A DNA stretch of 64,000 bases from Candidatus Latescibacterota bacterium (GTDB lineage Bacteria; Latescibacterota; UBA2968), in assembly GCA_965116885.1 (NCBI GenBank), contig OZ220741.1, positions 4,480,001-4,544,000 of the forward strand. The letters are read 5' to 3'. Within the stretch, counting starts at the first letter, position 1; each line of letters starts with the position of its first letter. The translations under genes and the position numbers were made by a program. The notes beneath the pieces are model-generated. The model was not told the origin of the DNA. It ran no database searches and worked only from the letters and a program-made list of their open reading frames with translations. This document shows positions 1 through 9,845 of this stretch, piece by piece.

Positions 1-250
1 CCACATGAGAAGATTTCGCGCTTTGGACCGGATTTTGCTTTCTCACGATGGCAATTCATTTGGATATGGCGACCGCCCCTTTAAGCCTTATAATGCCATC
101 TTTGACCAATTTATTCCGCTGATGCGAAAAGCGAACTTTACCGATGAAGAAATCCACCTGATCACAGTAAGAAATCCACAAGAAGCTTATGCCATTCGAG
201 TTCGGAAAAGTCAAGTGCAACCACAGATGAACACAGATGAACACAGATAA
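1..250 (+). CDS. Phosphotriesterase-family (amidohydrolase) protein, C-terminal fragment (5' truncated by window)
   Basis: RILLSHD...FIPLMRKANFTDEEIHLITVRNP resembles the C-terminus of PTE/PHP-type proteins. Confidence 0.7.
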   Translation, partial: HMRRFRALDRILLSHDGNSFGYGDRPFKPYNAIFDQFIPLMRKANFTDEEIHLITVRNPQEAYAIRVRKSQVQPQMNTDEHR

Positions 251-253
251 AAA
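221..253 (+). repeat. 10-nt tandem repeat x3 (CCACAGATGA ACACAGATGA ACACAGATAA)
   Basis: Read directly; related copy at 59500-59521 on the minus strand. Confidence 0.85.
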
Positions 254-283
254 GCAAAAGAGCGGGAGGTTGAGGAGCTGGGT

Positions 284-305
284 CTAATAGCTGACTGCTG
301 ATAGC
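284..305 (+). repeat. Heptamer tandem repeat CTAATAG-CTGACTG-CTGATAG
   Basis: Read directly in the intergenic region. Confidence 0.55.
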
Positions 306-349
306 CTGGGCTGCTGGGGGTTGGGCGGCCTAACCAACCGGAGATAATC

Positions 350-1792
350 ATGAACCGACGCGAATTTATCAAACAAACTGCCGTAGCCACCGTTGCAATG
401 CCATCGATACTTCGAGCACAGGCAGATGACCGCCCCAATATTGTATTGTTTTTGGCCGACGATATGACGTGGCGAGACTGTGGCGTATATGGCAATGCAG
501 AAGTACAAACGCCAAATCTGGATCGCTTGGCGCATGAAGGCATGCGTTTTGATAGCTGTTTTACCTCCACGTCCATTTGCGCGCCCACGCGGCAGCAGTT
601 ATATACGGGAATGTTTCCGATACGTAATGGCGCGTATCCCCAAGGGGGATTTGTGCATCCGGGTGTTAAGAGCATGGCGCATTATTTCAAAACACTGGGC
701 TATCGCATTGGCATCGTTGGAAAACAACACTACGGACCTTCCGAATCATTTCCCTTTGAAGTATTGAAGACAACCAGAACCAATGAATTGCTGGATTCCG
801 ATGCGTCTATCCGCGCTATTCAAGCCTTTATTGATCGGGAACCGGATCAGCCCTATTGTCTAGTACTCGCATCTCGCAATCCCCACCTGCCATATACAAA
901 GGGACCGCAGGATATGTACGATCTAGACAAAGTGACAATTCCACCGTATTTAATCGACACCCCAGAAACGCGAAAACGATTGGCGGCGTACTATGCCGAA
1001 ATTACCGCACTGGACGCCGAATTGGGGCGGTGTATGCAAATCGTCTCGGATAATACACTCGTGGTTTTCTCCACAGAACAGGGATCGGCATTCCCCTATG
1101 GCGGCAAGTGGACTTGTTATGAAAACGGGTTGCACACCGGATTGATCATGCGCTGGCCGGGCAAAATTGAAGCGGGATCTTCCTGCGATGCCCTCGTGCA
1201 ATATGTGGATATATTGCCAACGCTCCTACAAGTTGCAGGTGGCGATCCCACGCAAGTCGATACGGGCAGGGCAGGCGCGCCAGATGGGGGTTCTGGATTT
1301 GACGGGAAAAGTTTTTGGCATCTCGTCGCGGAAAATGGCAATCACCACCGGGATTACGTATATGGCGCTTATACAAATCGCGGTGTTCGGGACGGGACAG
1401 ACTACCCGATTCGCTCGGTGCGCTCCAACAGATATAAATATATCGCAAATCTCAATCACGAAGGCGTGTTTCAGTGCAATGTGACGCGATTTATGGACGA
1501 AATGGGATGGGCAGAAGCAGCCGAAAAAAACCCAGCACTCGCCCCTCGGGTACACGCCTTGCGGCATCGTCCGGCAGTGGAATTTTACGATTTGGAAAAC
1601 GATCCCTACGAGTTGAAAAATCTCTCTGAAGACGCTCAATACGCAGGTATCATGAAAGAGATGCGGACGGAACTCGATGCGTGGATGGCGCAACAAAATG
1701 ACCGCGGAATGGAGACAGAACTGGAAGCGTATGCCCATGTAAATCCAGCATCGGCAAAGTACAAGCAATATCGTGAATCCCAAGATAAATAA
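350..1792 (+). CDS. Tat-exported formylglycine-dependent sulfatase (N-sulfoglucosamine sulfohydrolase-like)
   Basis: MNRREFIK twin-arginine signal; PNIVLFLADD; CAPTR (CxPxR) motif; GKQH; EFYDLENDPYE. Confidence 0.93.
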   Translation: MNRREFIKQTAVATVAMPSILRAQADDRPNIVLFLADDMTWRDCGVYGNAEVQTPNLDRLAHEGMRFDSCFTSTSICAPTRQQLYTGMFPIRNGAYPQGGFVHPGVKSMAHYFKTLGYRIGIVGKQHYGPSESFPFEVLKTTRTNELLDSDASIRAIQAFIDREPDQPYCLVLASRNPHLPYTKGPQDMYDLDKVTIPPYLIDTPETRKRLAAYYAEITALDAELGRCMQIVSDNTLVVFSTEQGSAFPYGGKWTCYENGLHTGLIMRWPGKIEAGSSCDALVQYVDILPTLLQVAGGDPTQVDTGRAGAPDGGSGFDGKSFWHLVAENGNHHRDYVYGAYTNRGVRDGTDYPIRSVRSNRYKYIANLNHEGVFQCNVTRFMDEMGWAEAAEKNPALAPRVHALRHRPAVEFYDLENDPYELKNLSEDAQYAGIMKEMRTELDAWMAQQNDRGMETELEAYAHVNPASAKYKQYRESQDK

Positions 1793-1809
1793 AAAAACAG
1801 GAGTGTTTT

Positions 1810-3246
1810 GTGTCCACAGATAGAACAGATCAAAAAGCAGCACCTTGGGGCGAGGGCGAACCCATTGGACGTGAGTATCCATCGATACCACTCCTCGAAA
1901 AAATCGCTTATGGCGTCGGCGTCTTGCCGATGAACACAAGTGTCAATTCGATCAAAAAGCTCTCAGGCCCCATTTTTAATATTACGCTGGGCATGCATCC
2001 ATTTCGCGTGGGCAATGTGTTGTTGGCAGCCCGAATATGGGATGCGATTACCGATCCCTTTATGGGATGGCTTTCGGACAACACAAAATCTCGCTGGGGA
2101 CGGCGCAGACCCTATCTTCTTCTGGGCGCAATTTTGACGGCCATTGGCTACGCACTCATTTTGAACGTGCCCAAAGGACTGAGTCAAGACGCACTCTATG
2201 CGTATTTTATGTTTGCCAGTCTGGGCCTCTATACCTGCGTCACCATCTTGCAAGTATCCTACAACAGCCTGGGCTTTGAACTGAGCCACAACTATCACGA
2301 GCGGACAAATATTTTTGCGTACCGCTCGTTTTTTCAGCAAATCAGCACCATTCTCGTGAGCTATCTCTTTTATTTTTGCACGCTCGATATATTTGGCGAC
2401 ACCATGACAGGAGCCAAATACGTCGGCATTGGCGTTGGACTGGTCATTTTTATATTTTTGTTACCCACTGTTTTTTTCGTGCGCGAAGGCCACTCAGAAC
2501 AGGCGGTCAAACAGGAAAAAATACCCGTATGGTGGGCGATTAAAACAACCATGAAGACAAAACCATTTCTCATCCTGAGCAGCCTGACGGTCGTAACCAT
2601 TTTTGGTGGCAATTTCACCCTGGCATTGGGACCTTATGTCAACATCTATCACGTTGCTCAGGGCGATGTAAAATTTGGAGCCGAGATACAGGGACACGCG
2701 GTTTTTATCGGGACCGTCATATCCTTTGCCGCCATTCCCGTGTTGACCTATTTGTCCTCTCGAATCGGAAAGGTCAAAACCCTTGGTATTTCAATTACAT
2801 CCCTTCTCCTGGGCTCTATCTTAAAGTGGTTTTGCTACACGCCAGCGATGCCCTATTTGCAACTCATCGTCCAGCCTTTTGTCCGCATTGGCGAGATGGG
2901 CTTCTGGCTCATTATTACGTCGATGAAAGCCGATATCTGCGATTGGGACGAGTGGAAAACCGGCTTTCGGCGCGAAGGCATGTACGGCGCGGCAACGGGC
3001 TGGTTTCAAAAAGTGACACAGGCGACCACATTCGCGCTCGGGCAGGGATATATTCTGGCAATCATCGGATTTGACGCTACAAAAGGCGTGGCGCAGGATC
3101 CGGGCGTAATGTTCTGGATGCGCTTTCTCTTTGCCGTATTGCCCGCGGTCCTGGCCGTGGCGGGATTGATCTTATTGAAATTTTATGAAATCGACGACGA
3201 AAAAGCCACAGAGATTAAGGCAGATTTGGATAAACGAAATAACTAA
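1810..3246 (+). CDS. GPH-family (MelB-like) MFS sugar/glycoside:cation symporter
   Basis: RIWDAITDPFMGWLSDNTKSRWGRRRPY and ADICDWDEWKTGFRREG motifs; about 12 TM segments; GTG start after AGGAG. Confidence 0.92.
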   Translation: MSTDRTDQKAAPWGEGEPIGREYPSIPLLEKIAYGVGVLPMNTSVNSIKKLSGPIFNITLGMHPFRVGNVLLAARIWDAITDPFMGWLSDNTKSRWGRRRPYLLLGAILTAIGYALILNVPKGLSQDALYAYFMFASLGLYTCVTILQVSYNSLGFELSHNYHERTNIFAYRSFFQQISTILVSYLFYFCTLDIFGDTMTGAKYVGIGVGLVIFIFLLPTVFFVREGHSEQAVKQEKIPVWWAIKTTMKTKPFLILSSLTVVTIFGGNFTLALGPYVNIYHVAQGDVKFGAEIQGHAVFIGTVISFAAIPVLTYLSSRIGKVKTLGISITSLLLGSILKWFCYTPAMPYLQLIVQPFVRIGEMGFWLIITSMKADICDWDEWKTGFRREGMYGAATGWFQKVTQATTFALGQGYILAIIGFDATKGVAQDPGVMFWMRFLFAVLPAVLAVAGLILLKFYEIDDEKATEIKADLDKRNN

Positions 3247-5214
3247 GTGAAAATCATGGCAGAGCAATTAAAACAACTCTCGGAAACAACGCCCGTGCGA
3301 GCGGTGACAACGCGGTCGGTAATTGCATCGATAGTGGTGATTACTGCAAGCGTGCTGTGGAATGAGTGGATGCCGTACTATACGTCGGGATCGAACATCA
3401 GCCGCAGCCATTTCCCCCTGGCGTTTTTCTTCCCATTTTTGATCGCGTGTACTCTCAACCTGACATTGAATCACTTGCGAGCGGGATGGGGGCTTTCGCG
3501 TTCGGAATTGCTGGTGGTTCTGGGATCGGGTTTTGTGGGAATCGCGCTGGCTTACGACGGGTTGACCGGCCACTTCTTCGGCGTTCTGGCAGCCCCTTAT
3601 TATTTCGCATCTGTGGAAAATGGATGGGGTTTTATACACAACACCATCCCCGCCTGGCTCGCGCCTTCGAATGCCACCGGTGAAATGACGCGGTTTTTTG
3701 AAGGCGGAGGCGGGTCCCCTCCGTGGCGCGTGTGGGCAGTACCCGTTTTCTGGTGGATGTGCTTTTTCGGCGCAATGGGCTTTGGGGTATTTTGCCTGGT
3801 CGTGATTTTGCGAAAACAATGGGTGGATTACGAGCGTTTGGCATATCCACTTGTCGAAGTCGCACAATCACTGGCAGAGACGGAGAAAGGCGGCGGACTG
3901 GAGAAAATATTTCGCTCTCCCCTATTCTGGATCGCATTCTCCCTCGTCATGCTCTTGAAATTGTGGAATATCGCGTCTTATTTCACCCCGGCATTTCCGC
4001 ATATAGACATCGAAGAAACGTTGTGGCAACCGATTCCAGATTTTCCCTGGATGGTGAACCGCCTGAGTTTTTACGCCATTGGATTCGGGTATTTTGCGCG
4101 CCTGGATGTGCTGTTCAGCGTGTGGTTCTTCATTATTTTAACGGCGTTTCAGGTATATGTATTCAATATCTTTGGCTATCAAATCGGCGCAGCAACCCGA
4201 CACTGGACAAGCGATGCCCTGGGCTGGCAAAGCATTGGTGCCTTGATCTTTTTATCTGCCTGGGGGTTGTGGATGGCGCGAGCGCATTTGAAGGCCGTAG
4301 TGCGAAAAGCTCTGTATCCCAACTGCGAGGTGGATGATAGCGGCGAGTTATTGTCCTATCGCATGGCAGTATTCGGCTTATTGGGTGCATTCGCATTTGT
4401 CTCGGCGTGGCTATATACGGCGGGCATGCCCTTGTGGGTGGTATTCTCCTTTCTCATTTTGGCGATGTTGTTATTTTTGGGCCTTGCCCGCGCCATTGCG
4501 GAATTGGGACTGGTCTATGTGTATTATCGCATTCAGCCCCACGATGCAGTGGTGCAGGCATTTGGTTCGGGTATGGTTGGACTTTCCGGTGTGGTGGTGC
4601 TCGGCTTTATGCATGTGTTTAATCAGTGGCCCGATATTGGCAAAGGATTTTTAATGCCGCCGTTTACGCAAGCGGTAAAAGCGGTGGACAAAGTCGTCAG
4701 TCCGCGGCGAATTACACCCGTGCTGTGGCTGGCACTCGCACTGGGCTTCACCATCTCAATAGTAGATACCCTGTATTTGAGTTATGAATACGGAGCCTAT
4801 AATCTGGGCAATATGGGGATGAAGAAGACGGGACCCGTGGCGTTTGATTTCGTAATTACAGAAATAAGAAATCCCCTGGCGCCCGGCGGCAATGGCAGGG
4901 TCATGTGGGCATTTATCGGGATGGGACTGATGGCGGTTTTGACGACCATTCGCTACTGGGTGCCATGGTGGCCCCTGCACCCGATTGGCCTGGCTATGCA
5001 GGGGAATTACGGCGTGAGCAAGACGGTCTTTTCGATTTTTATTGTCTGGTCAATCAAAGCGGTCGTCATGAAAATGGGCGGCGTACAATTATACGAAAGG
5101 GGAAAACCATTTTTCATCGGCTTGCTCGCAGCACAGGCGGTGAGCACGGGCCTGGTATTTATCATAGATTGGTTCTGGTTCCCCCTGCAAGGGCATAATG
5201 TGCACAATTTTTAG
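3247..5214 (+). CDS. DUF6785/DUF6784-type polytopic membrane protein (putative OPT-like transporter)
   Basis: RKQWVDYERLAYPL and WWPLHPIG motifs; many TM helices; alternative ATG at 3256. Confidence 0.75.
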   Translation: MKIMAEQLKQLSETTPVRAVTTRSVIASIVVITASVLWNEWMPYYTSGSNISRSHFPLAFFFPFLIACTLNLTLNHLRAGWGLSRSELLVVLGSGFVGIALAYDGLTGHFFGVLAAPYYFASVENGWGFIHNTIPAWLAPSNATGEMTRFFEGGGGSPPWRVWAVPVFWWMCFFGAMGFGVFCLVVILRKQWVDYERLAYPLVEVAQSLAETEKGGGLEKIFRSPLFWIAFSLVMLLKLWNIASYFTPAFPHIDIEETLWQPIPDFPWMVNRLSFYAIGFGYFARLDVLFSVWFFIILTAFQVYVFNIFGYQIGAATRHWTSDALGWQSIGALIFLSAWGLWMARAHLKAVVRKALYPNCEVDDSGELLSYRMAVFGLLGAFAFVSAWLYTAGMPLWVVFSFLILAMLLFLGLARAIAELGLVYVYYRIQPHDAVVQAFGSGMVGLSGVVVLGFMHVFNQWPDIGKGFLMPPFTQAVKAVDKVVSPRRITPVLWLALALGFTISIVDTLYLSYEYGAYNLGNMGMKKTGPVAFDFVITEIRNPLAPGGNGRVMWAFIGMGLMAVLTTIRYWVPWWPLHPIGLAMQGNYGVSKTVFSIFIVWSIKAVVMKMGGVQLYERGKPFFIGLLAAQAVSTGLVFIIDWFWFPLQGHNVHNF

Positions 5215-5231
5215 AGAATGCCCGCACCGCC

Positions 5232-7754
5232 CTATAGCCACTCATCCATCCCCGCGTCTTGCAGGGAACCCAACAAATGGGGCACGCCAAAAAACAGCAG
5301 GCTCAAGTACATAGGGCTCATGCCCACTGCGCCGCGCCTTTTGGGATCGTCGCTCCAATCCTGCGATTCTGCCAGGCGGCGCAGCAGTTGTCGCCCCACC
5401 TCCAAATAGCCCCGCTCGCCTGTCAGCCTGTACGCATAGCTCAGGTGGCGACACAGCACCCCGCCGTAGCGCTGCTTCCATGCCATTTCGGGATCGAAAA
5501 CGCCAGGCCCACCGCAAAACCAATCCACGGCCCGCAGATAGCATTTTGCCACATCGGTCCGACCGGTCAGCCGGTGCAGCAATTCGAGACCAATCATTAA
5601 ATAGTGGGTCTGGTAGCCCTTTTGGTCGGCGTAGGACAACACATGCTTGCCCGCGGCAGAAGCCCCGCCCAGAGCCTTGTGCTCGGCCGGGGTAAAAGGT
5701 GCTGCGGTACCCATTTCCACGGCCAGGGTCGTGCCTTCGGTGGCCATGCCGTAGGGCGCCTGGTCCGGCAGCCGATCGGGGGTGGAAACCTGAAAGCGCT
5801 TGTGCCAACTGCCGTCGTCGTTCTGACCCCGGGCGATGACCTGAAAAATTTCTTCGGCGCGCTGTTTGAAACGCGCTTTGCCCGTTAGTTCCCACAAGTA
5901 CAGCAAACCGCGCAAGGTGTTGGCAATGCTGCGCAAACTAAAGGAGAAACGGGGATCTTCGCTCCAGCGATAGCGCAGGAAAAATTCGCCAGCTTCCCCG
6001 AGTACCTCCAATGTCCGGCGGTCGCCCGTCAAGTAGTAATAGTCGATCCAGTTGTCGATAAAGGTGTGCGAAGCGCAAGGCTCGTCGCCAAAGTGGTCGA
6101 TGCTGTGCCGGAAACAACCGCCGACCCAATACGGCCTGAGCGGGTGGTAGTGGCAGGTATCGACATCCATCGAGTGTCGGGTCATCGCCTCACCGAGACG
6201 GAACCAACGCCCTGACCCGCTGCGCAAATACTGGATCCACACCCCGTGGCGCGGGTCCCACTCGCTGTTGCACCAGCCCCACCGCCCCCGGAAGCGCCAG
6301 TCGCCGGTCGATTCCTCCCATGCTACGAGCACATCACCCCAGTCAAAAAAACCGCGCCAGCGGTTGACTTCAATGCTGCGCGCCATCCACTCGAGAAAGC
6401 CGTCGAGCATACGCTCGGAATGCGGGAAGGCATCTACCGCACGGACCGCAAAGCCGCCAGTAACCTGGCAGTGAGCCATCCAGCCGGGATCAACCGCGAC
6501 GTGTGGCCAATCGAGCAAAGCCGTCAGCCGTTGGGGGGCTTCTTCGCTGGTATTGCGTTGGAAATAATCGATAAAAAATTCCGAAGTTTTAGCCGTGCCC
6601 AGGCCATCGCTGTACACGCCTTCTCCCTCGTGCCAGGCCACTTCCTCGGCATAGCGCCTGAAATGCAGTCGCCCACCGTCCGGATCTTTCCACAAAAACA
6701 CGTCGATTCCCCCTCGATCCACACCTATGGCTTTGGGGTATTCCTCAGCCATATAGCGCAACGCCACCCCAACCCCGGCTTCCTCGCCCTCCAACACCGC
6801 CCACCCACCGGCCCGTTCGCCTTCTGCCACCCTCTCTGAGCGTCCGCCGCGCCGCCGTTCCAGGCGGAAGTGGCGATCCTGACGCTGGGCCAAAAGCAGG
6901 CCTTCGTCCTCACCCAAAACACCTTCCATCCATCGATTTCCACCCAGCCGGTAGCGCCGTTTTCCCTCCCACGCCACGGGAATCCGCACGGCCAATTCCC
7001 GCAATTCGGTCTGATTTGGATCGCAGGCCACCACTACGGTGTGCAGGACTCGCAAAAAGGCGTGGCCGGCAAAGGCGTATATCCGCGTCACGAAACGAAA
7101 GGGTTGGTAGCCGACGTAGTAGTGCATGGGCGCCTCGGATTCCAGGGCGCCTTCGCAGCGGATCACCGCCCGCAAAGGCCCGGATTCTTCCACCTGGACT
7201 CGGTACGCACTTTCCCCCAGCGATGCCCGGCACATCCCGCCCATGCCGTAAATTCGCCGCTGGGTCTCCCCGACTTCAAAAGCCTCGCAAATATCGGCCC
7301 AACTGTCACCGCCTTGCGAACTCACAGCGACTTCTTCGACAAAACCATCGGCCTCCTGCCTCCCCAATGATACCGCGTGTATCAATCCATAGCATCGCCG
7401 ACTCACGGCAAAGCGCAGGGGGCCGGTACACACGACAATGCGCTCGTCGCTCTCGCTTATTTGTAGTCGATTCGCCGGAGCAACGCGAGGGGCTTCACCG
7501 GCATAACACAAGTGGTAAACCGCCGATCCGACCACGTCGGCTTGAAAATCGACCAGGACCCACTTGATACTGCCGTCGGGCCAGTGACTCAGGGAACGAC
7601 TTTGCAGGGTTACAGCTCGTCCCCGAGCATCCTCTAACCACAAATCGGCGCATTCGGCTACATCCCCTTGTGGCAGGGGCACGCCCCGGGTCACAGGCCA
7701 CGCGCGGCGTTCGATCCCGCTCTCTTCCTGGACAGTCAATGCTATACGTTGCAT
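5232..7754 (-). CDS. PcRGLX/YetA-like (exo-rhamnogalacturonan lyase-like) protein
   Basis: N-terminal WPVTRGVPLPQG...HWPDGSIKWVLVDF; GFFDWGD, WCNSE and HSMDVD in an (alpha/alpha) barrel; ATG 7754 after GGAGG. Confidence 0.72.
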   Translation of the reverse strand: MQRIALTVQEESGIERRAWPVTRGVPLPQGDVAECADLWLEDARGRAVTLQSRSLSHWPDGSIKWVLVDFQADVVGSAVYHLCYAGEAPRVAPANRLQISESDERIVVCTGPLRFAVSRRCYGLIHAVSLGRQEADGFVEEVAVSSQGGDSWADICEAFEVGETQRRIYGMGGMCRASLGESAYRVQVEESGPLRAVIRCEGALESEAPMHYYVGYQPFRFVTRIYAFAGHAFLRVLHTVVVACDPNQTELRELAVRIPVAWEGKRRYRLGGNRWMEGVLGEDEGLLLAQRQDRHFRLERRRGGRSERVAEGERAGGWAVLEGEEAGVGVALRYMAEEYPKAIGVDRGGIDVFLWKDPDGGRLHFRRYAEEVAWHEGEGVYSDGLGTAKTSEFFIDYFQRNTSEEAPQRLTALLDWPHVAVDPGWMAHCQVTGGFAVRAVDAFPHSERMLDGFLEWMARSIEVNRWRGFFDWGDVLVAWEESTGDWRFRGRWGWCNSEWDPRHGVWIQYLRSGSGRWFRLGEAMTRHSMDVDTCHYHPLRPYWVGGCFRHSIDHFGDEPCASHTFIDNWIDYYYLTGDRRTLEVLGEAGEFFLRYRWSEDPRFSFSLRSIANTLRGLLYLWELTGKARFKQRAEEIFQVIARGQNDDGSWHKRFQVSTPDRLPDQAPYGMATEGTTLAVEMGTAAPFTPAEHKALGGASAAGKHVLSYADQKGYQTHYLMIGLELLHRLTGRTDVAKCYLRAVDWFCGGPGVFDPEMAWKQRYGGVLCRHLSYAYRLTGERGYLEVGRQLLRRLAESQDWSDDPKRRGAVGMSPMYLSLLFFGVPHLLGSLQDAGMDEWL

Positions 7755-7872
7755 ATCTTCCTCCGCTTGTGAACACACTGGATATTTTAAAACAGCTACT
7801 CAAAAAATGCCAACATTTTACGCACTGCATTTGGACAAATTGACAATGCACAAACGCAAACCTTTCTTGTAC

Positions 7873-7901
7873 TTGACTCACAGCCCAAAAGCTGGTATTG
7901 T
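7873..7901 (+). promoter_or_regulatory. Sigma70-type promoter for cyoE
   Basis: TTGACT-17 nt-TATTGT. Confidence 0.6.
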
Positions 7902-7960
7902 TATGGCTTCTGAAAATAAGTGGTGCTTTTGATCAAACCCTTTTTTTGAGAATATCCTTT

Positions 7961-8842
7961 ATGAACGCCGAACTGGTACATGCAAAAACATTTGTGAATG
8001 ACTTATTTGTTTTAATTAAATTTCGGATTGGACTAATGGTCGTGTTCAGCACTTCTGTGGGATATGTGCTGGGCATGGGATATGTTCCCGATCCAATTCA
8101 CATCTTCCATGTGCTATTCGCCACATTTTTGACCACTTCTGGCACGGGTGTTTTGAACCAGTTTATGGAGCGCGAGCGCGATGCGAGAATGGGACGCACG
8201 GCTGACCGACCACTGCCTGCGGGACGCATTGCGCCAGAATTGGCCTGTTGGTTCGGGCTAATTTTAAGTGGTATGGGCATTGTCTATCTGGGAGTACTCG
8301 TCAATGTTTTGACCGCGCTGATGGGCTTGTTAACCGTAGTGATATATTTGCTTCTCTATACGCCCTTAAAGCCCAAAACACCGCACAATACAGCTATTGG
8401 GGCCATCGCTGGTGCACTGCCGCCAGTGGGTGGATGGACCGCAGCAACAGGCGTTTTGAGTGGCGAAGCACTGGCACTGTTTGGCATTTTGTTTTTGTGG
8501 CAATTTCCCCATTTTTTGTCTATTGCCTGGCTTCACCGAGAAGATTACGCACGAGGTGGGTTTCGCATGCTGCCCATAGAAGACCCACAAGGCCATAGAA
8601 CCGCCCATCAAGTGGTGCTTTATACCCTGGTCTTGTTGTCGTGCAGCCTGATGCCAGCGCTATTGGGTATGGCTGGTGTGGCGTATTTTGGGGTTGCCAT
8701 ATTACTCGGCCTTGGCCTGTTGTACGCCAGTTTGACCTTCGCGCAGTCGCGCACAGATATGCAAGCACGCCGCCTGATGCGGGCAACGCTCATATATCTG
8801 CCGGTGTTGTGGACAGTAATGATGTTGGACAAAATTGCGTAA
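7961..8842 (+). CDS. cyoE: Protoheme IX farnesyltransferase (heme o synthase)
   Basis: NQFMERERDARMGRTADRPLPAG, YTPLK, GAIAGALPP, LWQFPHF. Confidence 0.95.
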   Translation: MNAELVHAKTFVNDLFVLIKFRIGLMVVFSTSVGYVLGMGYVPDPIHIFHVLFATFLTTSGTGVLNQFMERERDARMGRTADRPLPAGRIAPELACWFGLILSGMGIVYLGVLVNVLTALMGLLTVVIYLLLYTPLKPKTPHNTAIGAIAGALPPVGGWTAATGVLSGEALALFGILFLWQFPHFLSIAWLHREDYARGGFRMLPIEDPQGHRTAHQVVLYTLVLLSCSLMPALLGMAGVAYFGVAILLGLGLLYASLTFAQSRTDMQARRLMRATLIYLPVLWTVMMLDKIA

Positions 8843-8876
8843 CAAAAAAAATGTGTATCCGACCTGAAAAAAACAG

Positions 8877-8908
8877 GAGGTGATAGGCTGACCTATCACC
8901 TCTCTTTG
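8877..8908 (+). terminator. Perfect 11-bp hairpin between cyoE and the ABC ATPase (weak terminator or attenuator)
   Basis: GAGGTGATAGG-CTGA-CCTATCACCTC followed by TCTTTG. Confidence 0.5.
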
Positions 8909-8927
8909 TATGTGCAGGAGCGGTCAA

Positions 8928-9845
8928 GTGCAAGCAGCAATATATGTCGAAAATGTAAGCCACAAATTTGGCGAGCGCATTGCCTTAGATGACATTACGT
9001 TACAGGTAATGCCCGGAGAAATGTACGGCCTTTTAGGCCCAAATGGCAGTGGAAAAACCACCTTATTCCGCATGTTGTGTACGATGCTGCCCCCCGATCA
9101 TGGCAGGATTTGCCTGCTGGATAAAAACGCCAGTGCTGTACGCGCACACATAGGGGTGGTTTTTCAGCATCCCAGCTTAGACGCGCGTTTGACCGTATTG
9201 GAAAATCTACGCCATCAAGGTCATCTCTACGGTTTGAAAGGCCGCCCGCTCTCGCAACGCATCGAAGAAGTACTGGACATGATGGCTCTCACAGACCGCG
9301 CAAAAGACCGGGTGGAAGTACTGTCTGGCGGATTACAGCGGCGCGTTGAACTGTGCAAAAGTTTGTTGCACCATCCCGAAGTATTGATCTTTGATGAACC
9401 CGGCACCGGGCTTGATCCCGGCGCACGACGAAGGTTTTGGGATGATCTGGATATTTTGCGGCGAACCTACGGCACAACACTCGTGCTCACAACCCATTTT
9501 ATGGAAGAGGCCGAGCGCTGTGATCGCATTGGCATTTTAGATCGCGGACGGCTAATTGCCGAAGGCTCGCCCGAGGAATTGAAGCGTACAGTGGGACGCG
9601 AGGTGATCACCCTTGATACACGTGATCCCAAAGGCTTGCAATTGCAAATCGAAAAAATTGTACGCCGCGATATCCAGATCATTGACGGACAGGTGCGTAT
9701 TGCCTGCGATGAAGGACAGCAGTTGTTAGCGCAGCTGTATCCCCTTCTGCAAGAGAAAGTCCAGGCCCTGACCTTGAGTGTCCCCACACTTGAGGATGTT
9801 TTTGTGCAGCGAACAGGACACGGATTTCAAGTGGAGGACCTATAG
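8928..9845 (+). CDS. ABC-2/DrrA-type exporter ATP-binding subunit
   Basis: Walker A GPNGSGKT, LSGG signature, DEP, TTHFMEEAE, C-terminal PTLEDVF; GTG 8928 after AGGAG. Confidence 0.93.
   Translation: MQAAIYVENVSHKFGERIALDDITLQVMPGEMYGLLGPNGSGKTTLFRMLCTMLPPDHGRICLLDKNASAVRAHIGVVFQHPSLDARLTVLENLRHQGHLYGLKGRPLSQRIEEVLDMMALTDRAKDRVEVLSGGLQRRVELCKSLLHHPEVLIFDEPGTGLDPGARRRFWDDLDILRRTYGTTLVLTTHFMEEAERCDRIGILDRGRLIAEGSPEELKRTVGREVITLDTRDPKGLQLQIEKIVRRDIQIIDGQVRIACDEGQQLLAQLYPLLQEKVQALTLSVPTLEDVFVQRTGHGFQVEDL

Noticed and set aside
221..253. Possible CRISPR array
   Set aside because: Units are 10 nt, directly tandem, with no spacers and no cas genes in the window
8851..8883. Tiny ORF MCIRPEKNRR as a leader peptide
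   Set aside because: No RBS and no informative codon run; cannot be supported
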